DNA of 64,000 nt from Lama guanicoe. Its lineage: Eukaryota. Below the pieces are notes generated by a model. It saw only the letters and a list, made by a program, of their open reading frames with translations. It was not told where the DNA came from and did not search any database. Positions 13,611 through 26,975 of the stretch are shown here, one piece after another. The stretch's first letter is position 1, and the number at the start of each line of letters is the position of its first letter. The position numbers and the translations under genes were made by a program. The DNA lies in assembly GCA_013239625.1 (NCBI GenBank), contig MU054338.1, positions 5,742,724-5,806,723 of the forward strand, in the 5' to 3' direction.

Positions 13611-13892
13611 GGGATAGTAGAGAAAGCAGTTGGGAAGAATCTGTGTCCTTGGTGACCCGGAGCTACAGAGCCTTCCCAGTGCCACCACAGGCTTAGGATT
13701 CATTATTGAATGGTTTGGGTCTTATCTGCACCTGAAAGCATTGTCCCTTGGTCAGGAATACAGTCTTAATTTGGTGTGTTTCAGTGTCACATCAGAGGGG
13801 ACCAACGATCCCAATGACTAGAAAGGTGACAATATTTACATGTGGGAAAAATGAAGAGTGAAAATGAAATGCTGAGTCTGCTTTCCCCCCAG

Positions 13893-14802
13893 ATGCAGAG
13901 CAGTGTGTCCAGGGCCCAGCTCAAGAGTATCCAAACAGTGAGAGGAACCACTGCCTCCCCAAGGCTGTGAAACTCCTGGCCCTCGAGGACTCCTTGGGGA
14001 TGTCACTGGTCTGCATGGCTCTGTGCTTGTGTGTCATCACGGCTGCGGTCTTGTGGGTCATCGATGTCGGAGCCAGCCGACAATCGATCAGGTCCAGAAA
14101 CCTGTGCTGCAGGACTGAGAAAAGAAAGACAAGACTAAAAGATGGGGTTGAGAGGGTCTCACTCTAAGCCCGCAAGACGCTAGGCCAAGAATGGACATTG
14201 AGTTTATTTTCAGCAGTTAATTTATACAATTTCAACTAGCTATCTTGTGCATTCCTGCACGTAGGCATAGGTATTGTTTTAGGGCTCATTATCTCGTATA
14301 TTGTTCTATAGATTAACATTGTTTATAGTACTCATACACTAAAGTCAATGTTCCCGCATATCAAGATCACTAACTAAGATAATTATTCAAGTAAACTGAG
14401 ATAAAACTGAGATACTTGTATGCTGTTCTAAGGTCATCAGTGACTTAATAGCTCTGGATGTTCCTAGAGCTTAAGAACACCTGGTGCATTCTTCTTCAAA
14501 GGGGTGGCGGGACAGAGATTGTCTTTGCTAGATCAGTCTCAGAGCTTGATGCCAGCACTTTGGGATTTTCCGTCCCGTTCTGTGCTCAGCAGTCCTCAGG
14601 TCATGAGTGGCTCCCCGCAATCGAGAAGCGCCAAGAAGCACCCCTCGTCATGGCCGTGGAGACCTGCTCCATCGTGGCTTCCAGAGCAGGGCCACTAGGC
14701 TGCATCTTTGCCCCAAAGTTCTGCGTTATTCTGATAAGACCTGATAAGAATTTTTTGGAAGGTTGAAGGAATAAAATAGATTCTAAGAGAAATAGGCAGT
14801 GA
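13893..14802 (+). pseudogene. V2R last (7TM) exon pseudogene, LTR-interrupted and internally deleted
   Basis: After acceptor TTTCCCCCCAG it reads DAEQCVQGPAQEYPNSERNHCLPKAVKLLALEDSLGMSL, then after the insert [34 protein letters not shown]. These are class C GPCR V2R motifs. Most TM helices are missing and there is a premature TGA at 14764. Confidence 0.9.
14065..14619 (-). mobile_element. solo LTR (ERVK/betaretrovirus-like), 555 bp
   Basis: TG...CA termini with inverted ends TGTCGGAGCC / GGCTCCCCGCA. ATCGA target duplication at 14060-14064 and 14620-14624. Minus-strand TATAAA is closely followed by AATAAA. Confidence 0.8.
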
Positions 14803-15369
14803 GGTTTTTATCTCAGAAGCCTCTATCACATTTTTGGCTTTTGAAAAATAAACCACTCAGATAGATAATATTACCTATATTACCTATAACTGTGTGTATG
14901 GATAGATCTATTATTTTTTCATTCAGATATTAGAAAACAACCAAACAGCTTTACCTCTATTTATCAGGGATTTTCCCCTCTCTTTTTAAAGTCCCTGTGA
15001 ACAACCACATTCAGTCACCAAGTCTCACTTATGAACTGAGTTTCTAATAAGAATTAGTATCTGGTGTTTTTCATGGGCGTAAGTTTTTATTCCAGAAAAG
15101 CAACTATCTTGAATGGGAAAGCTGCATTAAACGTTGTGTGACTTATTATAAAACAAATTGCCACACCTATTTCTTAAGTGATTGGACTATTTTGTATTCC
15201 CATCAGCAACAGATGAATTTACTGACAGTACCACCACGCCTTTCCCAGGGCCGTGGTACTGTCAGTAACAGTCATTGTGGCCATTTGTATACTTTTGTGT
15301 TACACAATTAACGTGCTTCTAATACAGGAGATTAAAGGCATAGAGAACATAGTGATTATATAATAAATA

Positions 15370-15652
15370 ATGAGGATAATATATTTTGATGGATATAATT
15401 ATTACAGGAAGAGATTGATGCCCCAGTTCAGGAAAGGAGAATGGATTCACCCTTCCTTCACCTTTTTGTTCCATTTGGGCCCTTAGGAGATTAAGTAACA
15501 CCGTCCCACGTTGTGAGGGTGGGTCTGTACTCAGTTTACTGGAATTAAATACTAATCTCTTCTAACTGTCAAGAACACACCCAGAAAAGGCACTTAACCA
15601 CTATCTGGGTATCCCTTAGCCCAGACAAGTGGACACAAAATATTGGCCATCA
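15370..15652. mobile_element. MLT2-like (ERVL) LTR; paralog at about 21600-21985
   Basis: CTAATCTCTTC...CACACCCAGAAA...TATCTGGGTATCCCTTAGCCCAGACAAGT motifs. Confidence 0.65.
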
Positions 15653-17424
15653 CCCATGGATTTATCCAGTCAACACCAATAGAAATATAGCAAGGTGGCC
15701 TGTGTAATTTGAATTTTGCAGAACACATATTAAAGAACATAAACACAAACAGAGGAAACTGGTTTTTAGAACATCTGTGTTTAACCAAAGAAATCAAAAC
15801 ATTGTCATTTCAAAATGCAGTCCGTATCAGAGGGAAGAACAAGTTACATTATATCCTTTTCTTCCTTCTGAGCCTTGAAATAGAGTGTTTTTCAATTACA
15901 GCACATTTCAATTCAAAACAACTCACATTTTTCAGCTTATGTTACCAGATGTATGTAATGCTAATCACTCTCTCTAATCAGGTTTTCTGTCTTGTCCTTT
16001 TGGTGAATTTTGTTGAATACTGACTCCTGATACATCTTAACATGACCCAAGTTACAATTTTCCCCTGTGAATTTTATTGTATCAAAAGGAAGATGTGTTT
16101 TCCTCATTGTGAAACTGCTCTTTTAAACAACATTAAAGCTGAGTGTGGTGTTTGTTTTAAAGAAACATATAAAGAATTCAGGTAATTAAAAAGACTCTGA
16201 TTCCAGCAATAGACTGGATTACTAAATTTCAAGACAGTTTAAGGGCAAATATGCCAACAAAAGCACAGAGTGAACAATTTTGAAAAATGCCGAACAGAGT
16301 TAAAAGAGAAATGGGATGTGACTAAAGAGAGTAAAGAGAACATGGGGGAGGAATTCATAGCAGGAGTGAAAAGACAGAAGCAGATTTCAAATTAATAACA
16401 GACATCAACCCAGAGATACAATTAAGTCAACATTCCTGAATGAAAGTAAACACACAGGAATTGATAATGTTCTATGCTATGGTCTAAAAATCAACATTAA
16501 GGTAAAAGATTTGGGAGAATACACTGGCCAATTAAGGAAGAAACAAGCTAATTGGGGATGTTTAAACAAATAAGATAGGTCTCAACAGTAAGCACTGAAA
16601 AAAACTCTCTTCTCAAACAAGAATTCTATATTCAGCATCAACAGTGCCCTAAGTAAAGACATCTGAAAAAACTCAAAGTGGAACATTTCATTGTTCGCAG
16701 CCTTGAATTAGACAAAATACTAGAGTGATTTATTAAGTTTTCCAGAGGGAAATAATCCCAGATGGAAAACCAGGACTGCAGGAAGGAATGAAGAGGAAAG
16801 CAAAGGACTTTCTAGACATACATGTAAATAAACTGTGTTTTACAAAGCAATTTCAGATACAGCTCATGGAGATTAAAATACACGTAGAATTAAAATGCGT
16901 GACAGCAGTCCCAGAAGAGTCAGGACAGTTAAAGGGGATCTGAGAGTTTTCTAGGGCATTATAACATCTGCAAAAGGTGCTAAAAGGAATTGTCCGTATT
17001 TGGCTACATAAGTGAAGGATTCACAATTTAATAGCTAATAGAACTACTCCCAGATTTGCATACAATTGTGATTGACAAGTTGGTAGAGGGAACAATGGAA
17101 TCATAAAAGAGTTAAACCCTATTCAGTGAAGTAAAAAAGAGTAAAAGGACTATTTAAGACACAACACTCTAAACTGACTCTACCTCAAAAAAAAAAAAAA
17201 GACTATTTAAGCCAAAGAGCAGGGAAAGAGTTAAATGGATGACATTATCTCAAGTTTATCAGGAATCAGGTGAAATGTAAATGCACAAAACACTGATTTT
17301 GTTGGAATGGCTTTGTGATATAGACATTACAGACAGACTTGCCAATAAATATTTTGGATGTTCTTTATTGACGAACATTTAAAGTCTCAATTTCTTCCTA
17401 TTATTATTTCCACAAGTTGTTTGG

Positions 17425-17846
17425 AAATTTTTGTATATAGAAACTTCCATCCCTATTTTTGTAGAAGTTATCCATAGTGGGAGAAAAGAAATACTACAAA
17501 GCTGAGAGAAACTACAAATACCGCCCCATATACGTAACACAAATGTGTTGTATTGTTTTCATCTAAGACCGTATACAACAGAGTCAGCAGCCCCATACTA
17601 TTGTCTTCGTGTATAATGATTTAAGAATCTCTGTAATCCCCTTGATCCGAGATAGGGTGTGTCTCAGGATTACCTGCTGATTGGATTGTCCACTCCTTCC
17701 GTAAACGTGCAGTCCGAGGCAGAAGTCACTGCAGTTTCCAGCCAGCCTCCGACGGTCTGCATCTCAGGAGCGGGTCACAGCACAGCCCGGGGACGATGGG
17801 GGGACCTGCGTGCGGCCATTTTCCCCGTCAGCTGATTCTGGTGAGT
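17425..17846 (+). promoter_or_regulatory. putative promoter and acquired first exon of HNRNPA2B1 retrogene A
   Basis: TAATCC at 17634, GGATTA at 17667, TGATTGGATTG at 17678, a GC/CpG-rich exon and the donor CTG|GTGAGT at 17840/17841. A matching acceptor TTTTTCAG at 19077 is also conserved in paralog B. Confidence 0.6.
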
Positions 17847-19236
17847 GTGGAATCCATGTGGATGGCAAAAGTGTCCTTTTGTATCCCTTTTACTTTTGTA
17901 GAATCTCCTTAAGTTTGCAGAATTCAGCTCTTAAAACAAGAAGTTGTCTTATTGAAAGTTATTTTGGTGTTAGTATTAAGACATATTCAAGGTTTTATAT
18001 ATTTTTGTGAATATACAAGGTTGTGTATATTTATGAAGCTTTTGTGGGATAATGGCCCAGATTTTGCTTTTAGACCAACATCACTGAGAACTGGAAGTAG
18101 CATTTAGCCCCGTGCTGTTCAAATTGCTCTCCTCTCTGGAAAACTCTTTACCCACAATTTGCTTCAGTCTTTTTTTTTAAATTAAGTTCTATGCTCAAAA
18201 AATGTCATCCATCAGGCTCTCCCTCAGCTCTTCAACCTCATTGTAGTTCATTCTTCCGCCCTCTCTCCCTTCTTACTTCTCTTCCTCCTTGTGTCCGTGC
18301 ATCTTTCTCTGTTGGCCTTACTGCTTCTCACAGCACTTATTTACACCTGACACTATAGGAGACATTCTTTAGTCTATTAACACTTTTCTCTTACTAAGAG
18401 TCAAAGAAAATGGGGCAGACTTTGTTCAGTGAAATTCGGAATCCTAGGTTTTGGTACACAACTTACTACGTACTAGGTGCTCTATAAAGAGGAGGATTGA
18501 GCAATTTTCCCTGCAGACTGGGACATCTTAGTAATGAAAGGGGTGGTGGTAATAATTATGGCGAGGCAACAGGGAGAAAACAGCTTCCCCTTTTTAAAAA
18601 AAAAACACCTTTGAGAACAGAAATGAGATACTGAAGAGGAAGGGGGCACCGATTAAATCTAAAAGTTAAACAGATTATTGTGATTAGAGCCTTAGAATGG
18701 ATTACACAGAGAAAGGATTTGAAATCTTAATGGCAATGGGTTGCTATCTACCACAAATGAGGTTATATCATTACGAAGTGTGCTTGAGTGAATTTATTCG
18801 AAAAGTTTAGCAACGTACTTTTTTGAGATTGAAACTTTCTTTCAAAAAATATCCGAGCAAATTGCCAAGGGCAGAGCAAAAGGTTAATAAGTCAGCGGAA
18901 AACATTAAAGTCCACATTAGTCATCTCTTGACTGAGTATCTAACTTAGTGAGGAAACGGATATAAAATAGCTACTACAGATACAGTTACAACTTAGAAAA
19001 ATCAATACGGAGAAAAAGTAATGTAAATTTTGATTACTGGATCAGGAAGGTCACTCTGTGAAAATGGTGTTTTTCAGGGATACTGAAAGGAGCTCGAGAC
19101 TGATTCAAGGGCGGTGGCGGCCGCAGAGGCAGGAGCAGCAGCGCCGGGTCCCCCGCAGGTGCGTCCCGCGCGCGCTGCTCCCGGACCAGCCGAGGGTCTC
19201 CCCGCAGGGCCAGCCCGGGTCGTGTCAGGCGCCTGA

Positions 19237-20379
<1,143 letters not shown>

Positions 20380-21117
20380 GAAAGGATGAGAGCCCAGAGG
20401 TCTCAGAACAGCTTCAGGTATGGAAATAAGAACGTTAAGGAAACTCTTAGCTCAGGCATGTATAAATATGCAGTGAAATGGCAGAGGGCACCAGAGCAGG
20501 TGCAGAGAGCCATTTTGTGAACGCATTACCTGACCATGGAGGAATAACTCAATCAAAGATGCTTTTGAGGTCATTCCTTAAGGTCATTCCTTAGCTTCTG
20601 AATGGTTGTTTCTCTCTAGTTGTGTCTTTGAGATTGTAGAAGCATCCCATCTTTGATAATGTTAAATTCCATGGTGTAATTGAACAAATTAACACTATTC
20701 CTTGAAAACTGTTTAGTGCATGTGTGGAATGAAGCTGCTGTACATTTAAGAGTTAATAAAACAATTCTAAAGGAAAAACAGTTGTTTGTCTTCTTTCAGT
20801 GATCATTTTTGGCACTTTTATTTTTTTATTTTTAAATAAAGATTTTTTTAGTGTTATGAGATATCAAAGTTTGAAGTGTGGAAAATAATGATGTGACTTA
20901 CATGTTGACCACAATAACTTTGTTTTACATCCATCTCAGACAGCTACCAAAAAAGATTTTTTTCTTCTGAGAATTCTTAGGTTTACTCCTTTAAGATCTT
21001 TCATAGATATTATACAGCAGTGTTAATTCTGGTCATCCTGTTTATGTAATTCCCAGTTTAAATAATAAATTATTCAAACACTAAAACTTCCTGAAAGTTT
21101 TAAAATCCATCTGCATC

Positions 21118-21395
21118 ACAGACATGGAAAACAAATGAATGGTTACCAGCAAGGGAAGCGGGTGGGAAGGGATAAACTGGGAGTTCAAGATTTGGAGATA
21201 GTAACCACCATATATAAACAACTAATTTATACTGAATAGCACAGAGAACTAGATTCAACACCTTGTAGTAACCTACAATGAAAAAGAGTATGAAAAGGAA
21301 TACATGTGTGTACATGCATGACTGAAACAGGATGCTGTACACCAGATATTAACAAATTGTAAACTGACTACATTTCAATTTAGAAAAGAAAAGCT
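21118..21395 (+). mobile_element. L1 3' end fragment
   Basis: ACAGACATGGAAAACAAA..TGGTTACCAG...GGGATAAACTGGGAGTT...TTGTAAACTGACTACATTTCAAT. Confidence 0.8.
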
Positions 21396-22244
21396 GGGTC
21401 GAGGCAAAAACCAAGATTAAAGAATAAAATCCATCTGCTAACTACACTTACACAATGATGTCTTCTTTTGAGTGATCTGTAATGAATTAGCAGTTACAGC
21501 TTAAGATACCAAATCCTTTCTTCATATGATTAAATTACAAGATTCTAAGTCGCAACGATCCATTCAAAACATGAACCTCATAAGTTCATTGTAACATTTT
21601 ATATATATCTGAAAATGTGTTATAGATGGAGAAGTCCCAGTAACTGCAGTCTCCGAGCTGGAAAACCAGAAAATCTCATGGAATAATTGAGTGCAAGTCA
21701 GATGGCCTGAAAACCAAGAGATCTGATGTCCGAGGGCAGGAAAAGATAGATTTCCCAGCTCAGGAAGAAAGAGGAGATTCATCCTACCTTCTCTTTTTGG
21801 TTCCATTTGGGTCCTCAGTAGATTGCATAACACCCATTCACTTTAGATCTTTTTCCTTACAGTCTACAGCAGCAAATGCTAATCTCTTCCTGGAACACCC
21901 TCAAGAAAAGACACAAACCAGCACTTATCCATTTATCTGGGTATCCCTTAGCCCAATCAAGTTAACAATAAAATTAGCCACCCTGCAAGCCTTTACCCAG
22001 CCAACATTAATAGAAATAGAATAACGTGATCTACGTAATTTTAAATTTTGTAGAACACACAGTAAAGAAAGTAACTCAAGCAGAGGACACTTGTTTCTAT
22101 AATATACATATTTAACCAAGTAATTGAAATATTGTCATTTCAAGGTGTAGCCCACATCAGAACAAAGAACAAGATAGGTTATAGCCTTTTGTCCCTTCTG
22201 AACCTCAAAATACAGTGTGTTAAGATTATAGCACATGTCCATTC

Positions 22245-23250
22245 GAAAGTTAAATTTGAAGACTGTAACCTCAAAAGAGCATCTCAGAAAACTGTGAGAA
22301 CATTTCCACCTCTTAGAAGTTAAGACACAGTTATATACTTTTTTTTTTGAGACCCAGGGCTGTACATCAAATAAGGTATTTTGACAGTTTACATAATCCA
22401 GGTCTAAGGGCCATAAGACCCTTAGGAGCTCAAGGTGGAATGTCATCTTTAAGGAGTTGCCTTAGGAGAAGTTGCTCTGTAAGGTTAAGCGGGGATTTCT
22501 GCCGATGGGGCAGGGGTGGTTGATGCATAATGCAGGTACACAATGCATGTGGCGGGGAGAGGAGGTCACAGGGCGGAGAAGAATTTTTTATGTTTAAATT
22601 TTTTTGTCTTGCCTTAAAATGTGAATTTTATACCGTAATTTCTCCCTATTAATCATTCATCTTTCAATAGAAAGCATTAGGTGATCAAATATTCGGTCCC
22701 TCGAAGCTGGGATGGCTGCTCGCCCGCCCAGTGTCCATCTTGTCCCTTGATGCCGGGTTCTGTTAGCCCAGTTCTCTATTTTGGGGGTTGTGCTAGTACA
22801 ACGTTCAGCAAGGACTGACGGCTAATTCTAGTTTGTACCAAAAGGGACTTAAGCCAATTTTCCTTGAGTGTGCGTTGTGTGTTCCCATTATCTTATAGAC
22901 TCTGTAGGTGATCTATAGTTTCAAGTCGTTTGGACAATCATCAATCCAGCACAAGCAGACGACACACAGCGCGAAAGGCAAGAAACCGTCACCTTACAAG
23001 CTGCATAAACTGCAGTTTAAACTGGTAGTAGGGGCAACAGTGTCATCAGCAATCATTAAATTGTTTAAATGTCTCTTGTCTCACCATAAAATATGCATTT
23101 TATTTCACAAGAGCAATCACACAAAGTATTAGTTTATCCTTTCTAATGGCGTGACTATTGCAGAGTTTGACCCATTTTTCAAGTGGTTTTTCAATATTCT
23201 GTTTCATTGGCCAGTATTGTGTTTATATAATTTAGCGTGATATACTTTAC
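22245..23250 (-). mobile_element. ERV1-like 3' LTR plus adjacent internal fragment
   Basis: About 1 kb that is absent from the paralogous segment near 15915-15965. LTR-like sequence runs to about 22633, followed by a purine-tract complement (AATTTCTCCCT). Confidence 0.45.
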
Positions 23251-24189
23251 CTAGGCATATAATGAGATTCTCTTCTCCCACTCAGGTTTTTCACCTGCTT
23301 TGTCCTTGTGGTGAATTTTGATGAATACTGAATCCTAAGATAACTTACCATGATCCAAGTTATAATTTTCCTTTATCTGTTTGGGTTTTATTGTATTAAA
23401 AGGAATCAATTTTCGCCTCACTGTGAATGGCTCTTTGATTAAATTGTGTATTGTTTTTATGTTAGAACTGAAATTAAGAATTTAAGCAACTAAGAAGGTA
23501 TTGATACCAGCAATAGACCAAATGACTAAACTTCAAGACAGTTTGAGAGCAAATATCCCAAAATAATTTTTTTTAAAAAAAAGAGCAAATATCCCAACAG
23601 AAGTTCACAGTGAACAATACTAAACTACTCAAAAGGGAGTTAATGTAGAAGTGGGATGTTGTTAAAAGAGGAGCAGGGAGAAGGTGGCGAGGAAATGCTA
23701 TCACAAGTGAAAACATACGAGCATGTTTCAAATTGGTGGAAGACATCAACCCACAGTTGCAATCTCTCAGCTTTCCCTACGGGAAGCACACACCCAGGAA
23801 ATGATCATGAGCTACACTCTGGTCTAAGAACCACAGTTAATGTAGTAGAGTTTTAGAGAATACAGAGGCCAAACCAGCAAGAAAAAGGCTAACTGGTGAA
23901 GTCTAACTAGAAACAAAATAAGATGGACACAGAACACCATTTTTAAAGTGCTAAAAAATGCATATGCAGCCAGAATTCTATACCCAGCATCAATACTTCC
24001 CAAGTAAAGATGTTTTAACAACTATACAGTCACACATTTCATGGTTAGCAGCCTTGGATTAGACAAAATACTAGAATATTAAGTCCAGAAGAAATACTCC
24101 CAGATTGAAATCTAGGAATGTAGGAAAGAAGGAAGTGGAAAGGGAGCAATAATTTAGAAATAAATATAACTAAATGTTTTATTAATTAT

Positions 24190-25090
24190 GATGACAGCTG
24201 TGGTTTTTCATATATGGCCTTTATTAGATTGAAGTGTCCTTTTCGTCCTCCTCTGTTGAGTGTCTTTGGTGAGAATGAGGGTTGACACTTTATTTATATG
24301 TATTACACGGATTGGTTTTCATACATTGGACCATCCTTAGATTCCAGCAATACATCCCATTTGGTTATTGTTCATAATCCACCCAACATGTTGCTAAATG
24401 CAGTTCCCTAGTATTTTATTGAAGATATTTCTAGTGGTATTCAGGAGGATATTCATCTGCAGCTTTCCTTTTTTGTATTCTCTTTGTCAGGCTTTCTATT
24501 AGGGTAATACCGACCTCATGGAATGAGTTGGCGTGTTCCCTCCTCTTCGATTTTTTGGATGCATTTGAGAGCAATTATTGTTAACTAATTTTTTATATTT
24601 GGTGGAATTCAACAGTGAGCCCGTTTGATCCAGGGCTGCTCATGTTGGACTTTTTGGACTCTGATTCAATCTTCTTACTAGTTTTTGGTCTATTCAGATT
24701 TTCTGTTTCTTCAAGATTCCGTTTTAGTGGGAGCACCTCCAGGACTTTGTCCATTTCGTCTGGGTTGTCTAATCTGTTGGTGTGCAATTGCACATAGTAT
24801 TCTCTTAGCATCCTTTTTATTTCTGTAAATTCAGTAGTAACACCTACACATTATTTCTCATTAGAATCCTTTGAATCTTCTCTCTGTTTTCTTAGTCAAT
24901 GCATTTAAAGTTGTATAAATTCTATCCTTTTCCAAGAACGAACTTTTGTTGATTTTTCTCTATTGGTTTTCTCTGCACTATTTTGTTTATCTCCATTCTG
25001 TCTGTACGAGTTCATTCTATTTGATAGATCTGAATTTAGTTTTCCCCACTTTCCCTAGTTATTTCAGGCGTAAAGTTAAGTCATTGATGA
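24190..25090 (-). mobile_element. L1 ORF2 fragment
   Basis: Minus ORF 24593-24811 (REYYVQLHTNRLDNPDEMDKVLE...EETENLNRP...SPGSNGLTVEFHQ) is degenerate L1 ORF2. Confidence 0.9.
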
Positions 25091-25857
25091 GATAGATTTC
25101 AAATAAATCAATTTTTATCTAAGATGAAGTGTCCTCTTGATTACACATGCCTTACTGATAATTGGTGTTCCCCTTTTCTCTTCTTGCTGAAGCATCATCT
25201 GAAATCATGCTAGAGTCCTATGCAGGTCCCACACCAGACTGTCCTAGCCCTGCCAAGTCCCCCAGAGCCACAGTCTGACAACAACCATGGGGTCCTTGCA
25301 GGGACATCGATCATGGACACAGATGACAGAGCTCTCCATGTCAGGATGAGTTTGTCCCCTCCACATGCCCTCTACACCTCCCCGCCCCCGCCTCCAAAGT
25401 TTGCTATTCACAGACCATGATGAAATCATACAGGCAAGGGGAAAAACAAGTTTTTCCTCCTTGTTTTTCACTAGGTTGGAGGGAGACAGGTGCAGAGCCT
25501 CAGGACAGGAGCCTCCCCAGAGGTCCTCACTGGGACTGACATGAAGCAGTAAAAAGAAGGGGAAGTCAGGCTGCTCTCATGACAGTGACACTGAGGGTGA
25601 GGTCTCAGCACTGTGACTCCCTTGGAAGTCCCTCCTTTATGATTCTGACTGAGCCCTTGTGCAGCACCGCAGCCTGGCACACGCCCTGCAGTGTCTTCGC
25701 AGGCTGGGAGGCAGGGCTGGGGGCGGACGCTGTGCTGCACGTGAGGGGATGCTTTCTTTCCTGAGCCAGAGCCTGTGGACTTGCTCCCGATGCGTCTTCT
25801 CCTCGGCTCGGCTTAGACCCAGGCTTCCGTCTCTCCATCGGGCAGACCCCGCAGAGC

Positions 25858-26072
25858 CATTCTCTCCCTTTTGTCTCTTCCGGCTCCTGCAGCCTTTGCA
25901 CACTGCGTGCAAGACGGATTACAGCGACTGTTTGCTAGACCAGAAGCCGAGCGTCTACAGAGATGGGGACCTGCAGGTGGCTGGGTTTATTCCCCTTTAT
26001 TCCATTAATCAGGAAGCAGATATATTCCGGCTGTCTTCTGTGCACAGACCGAGGGAGCCGACACCGGGTTTG
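25858..26072 (+). pseudogene. V2R first coding exon remnant (signal peptide and N-terminus)
   Basis: FSPFCLFRLLQPLHTAC...CLLDQKPSVYRDGDLQVAGFIPLY matches the V2R/CaSR-family N-terminal (Y)xDGD(L/V)xxxGxFP(L)Y motif. The ATG is absent; GCCATTCTCT fits a small deletion from GCCATGTTCTCT. Confidence 0.7.
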
Positions 26073-26823
26073 TAGTTTCTTGTGTGCATGTCCCTGTGCG
26101 TCTGTGTGTGTGTTTCACCTTCCTGAAAATGACCTAAGATGTGCACAGAAACGGCAGGAAGGTAGACCAGTGGGATCCTGAATGTTCTATCCCTTCTTCG
26201 TCCCTCTACGACCTAAAACGCTTTCTCCTCACACCTTTCAAGACAGAGGAGAGAATCATGTCCACTCCATCAGCGGAACATCCCAGATCAGTTCATGGAG
26301 GCCTGAGAACCAGTGAGACCGCTGAACCCCAGCCCCTGCTGCCAGGACTTTAGACTGAGGCATGCAGTCCCTTTGAGACACTGATCCCCCCGACCTGAGG
26401 CCACTCTTAGGAGAACGTGGCTCAGTCTGGATGCCCACTGCTGACCAAGACAGCGCTGAAATGTGTGCCTCTGCAGGGACCCTAAGTGCCTTAGATTCAC
26501 CATCTAAAAAAAATAAGTCCCACTAAAGATCATTATTTTAATCCCATCAGGATTGAGGTATTCAGCCCAAAATCCCAGAAGCCAAAAGATCAGCAGGTTG
26601 TATTTCAGAGGATGTCAGAGTCCTTCATTTTTATCCATTTCATTAATCCTCCAGGAAAAATGAGGACACTGCCTGAAAATCTGGACTTTATCTAATTGTG
26701 TGACATGCATGTCTCTGGTCAAATTAGAGTAACAATGCTTAGCAAGGGGTTCATCCAATAGCTCACAATATTTGGATAAATGGTTTACCCAAAGTGGAAT
26801 TGCATATTATCTAGAAAGTCATA

Positions 26824-26975
26824 GGGGGAGGGTATAGCTCAGTGGGAGAGCACATGCTTAGCATGCAGGAGGTCCTGTGTTCAGTCCCCAGTACCTCCTC
26901 TAAAAATAAAGACAAACCTAATTTCCTCTCCACCCCCAACCAAAATAAAATAATTAGATAATACAAAAATAAATA
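26824..26975 (+). mobile_element. tRNA-derived SINE (Vic-1-like)
   Basis: GGGGAGGGTATAGCTCAGTGGGAGAGCACATGCTTAGCATGCAGGAGGTCC with an A-rich tail. Confidence 0.85.

Noticed and set aside
20568..20593. 13-bp tandem duplication AGGTCATTCCTTA in the retrogene A 3'UTR
   Set aside because: It looks like an ordinary slippage event, is absent from B and has no evidence of function.
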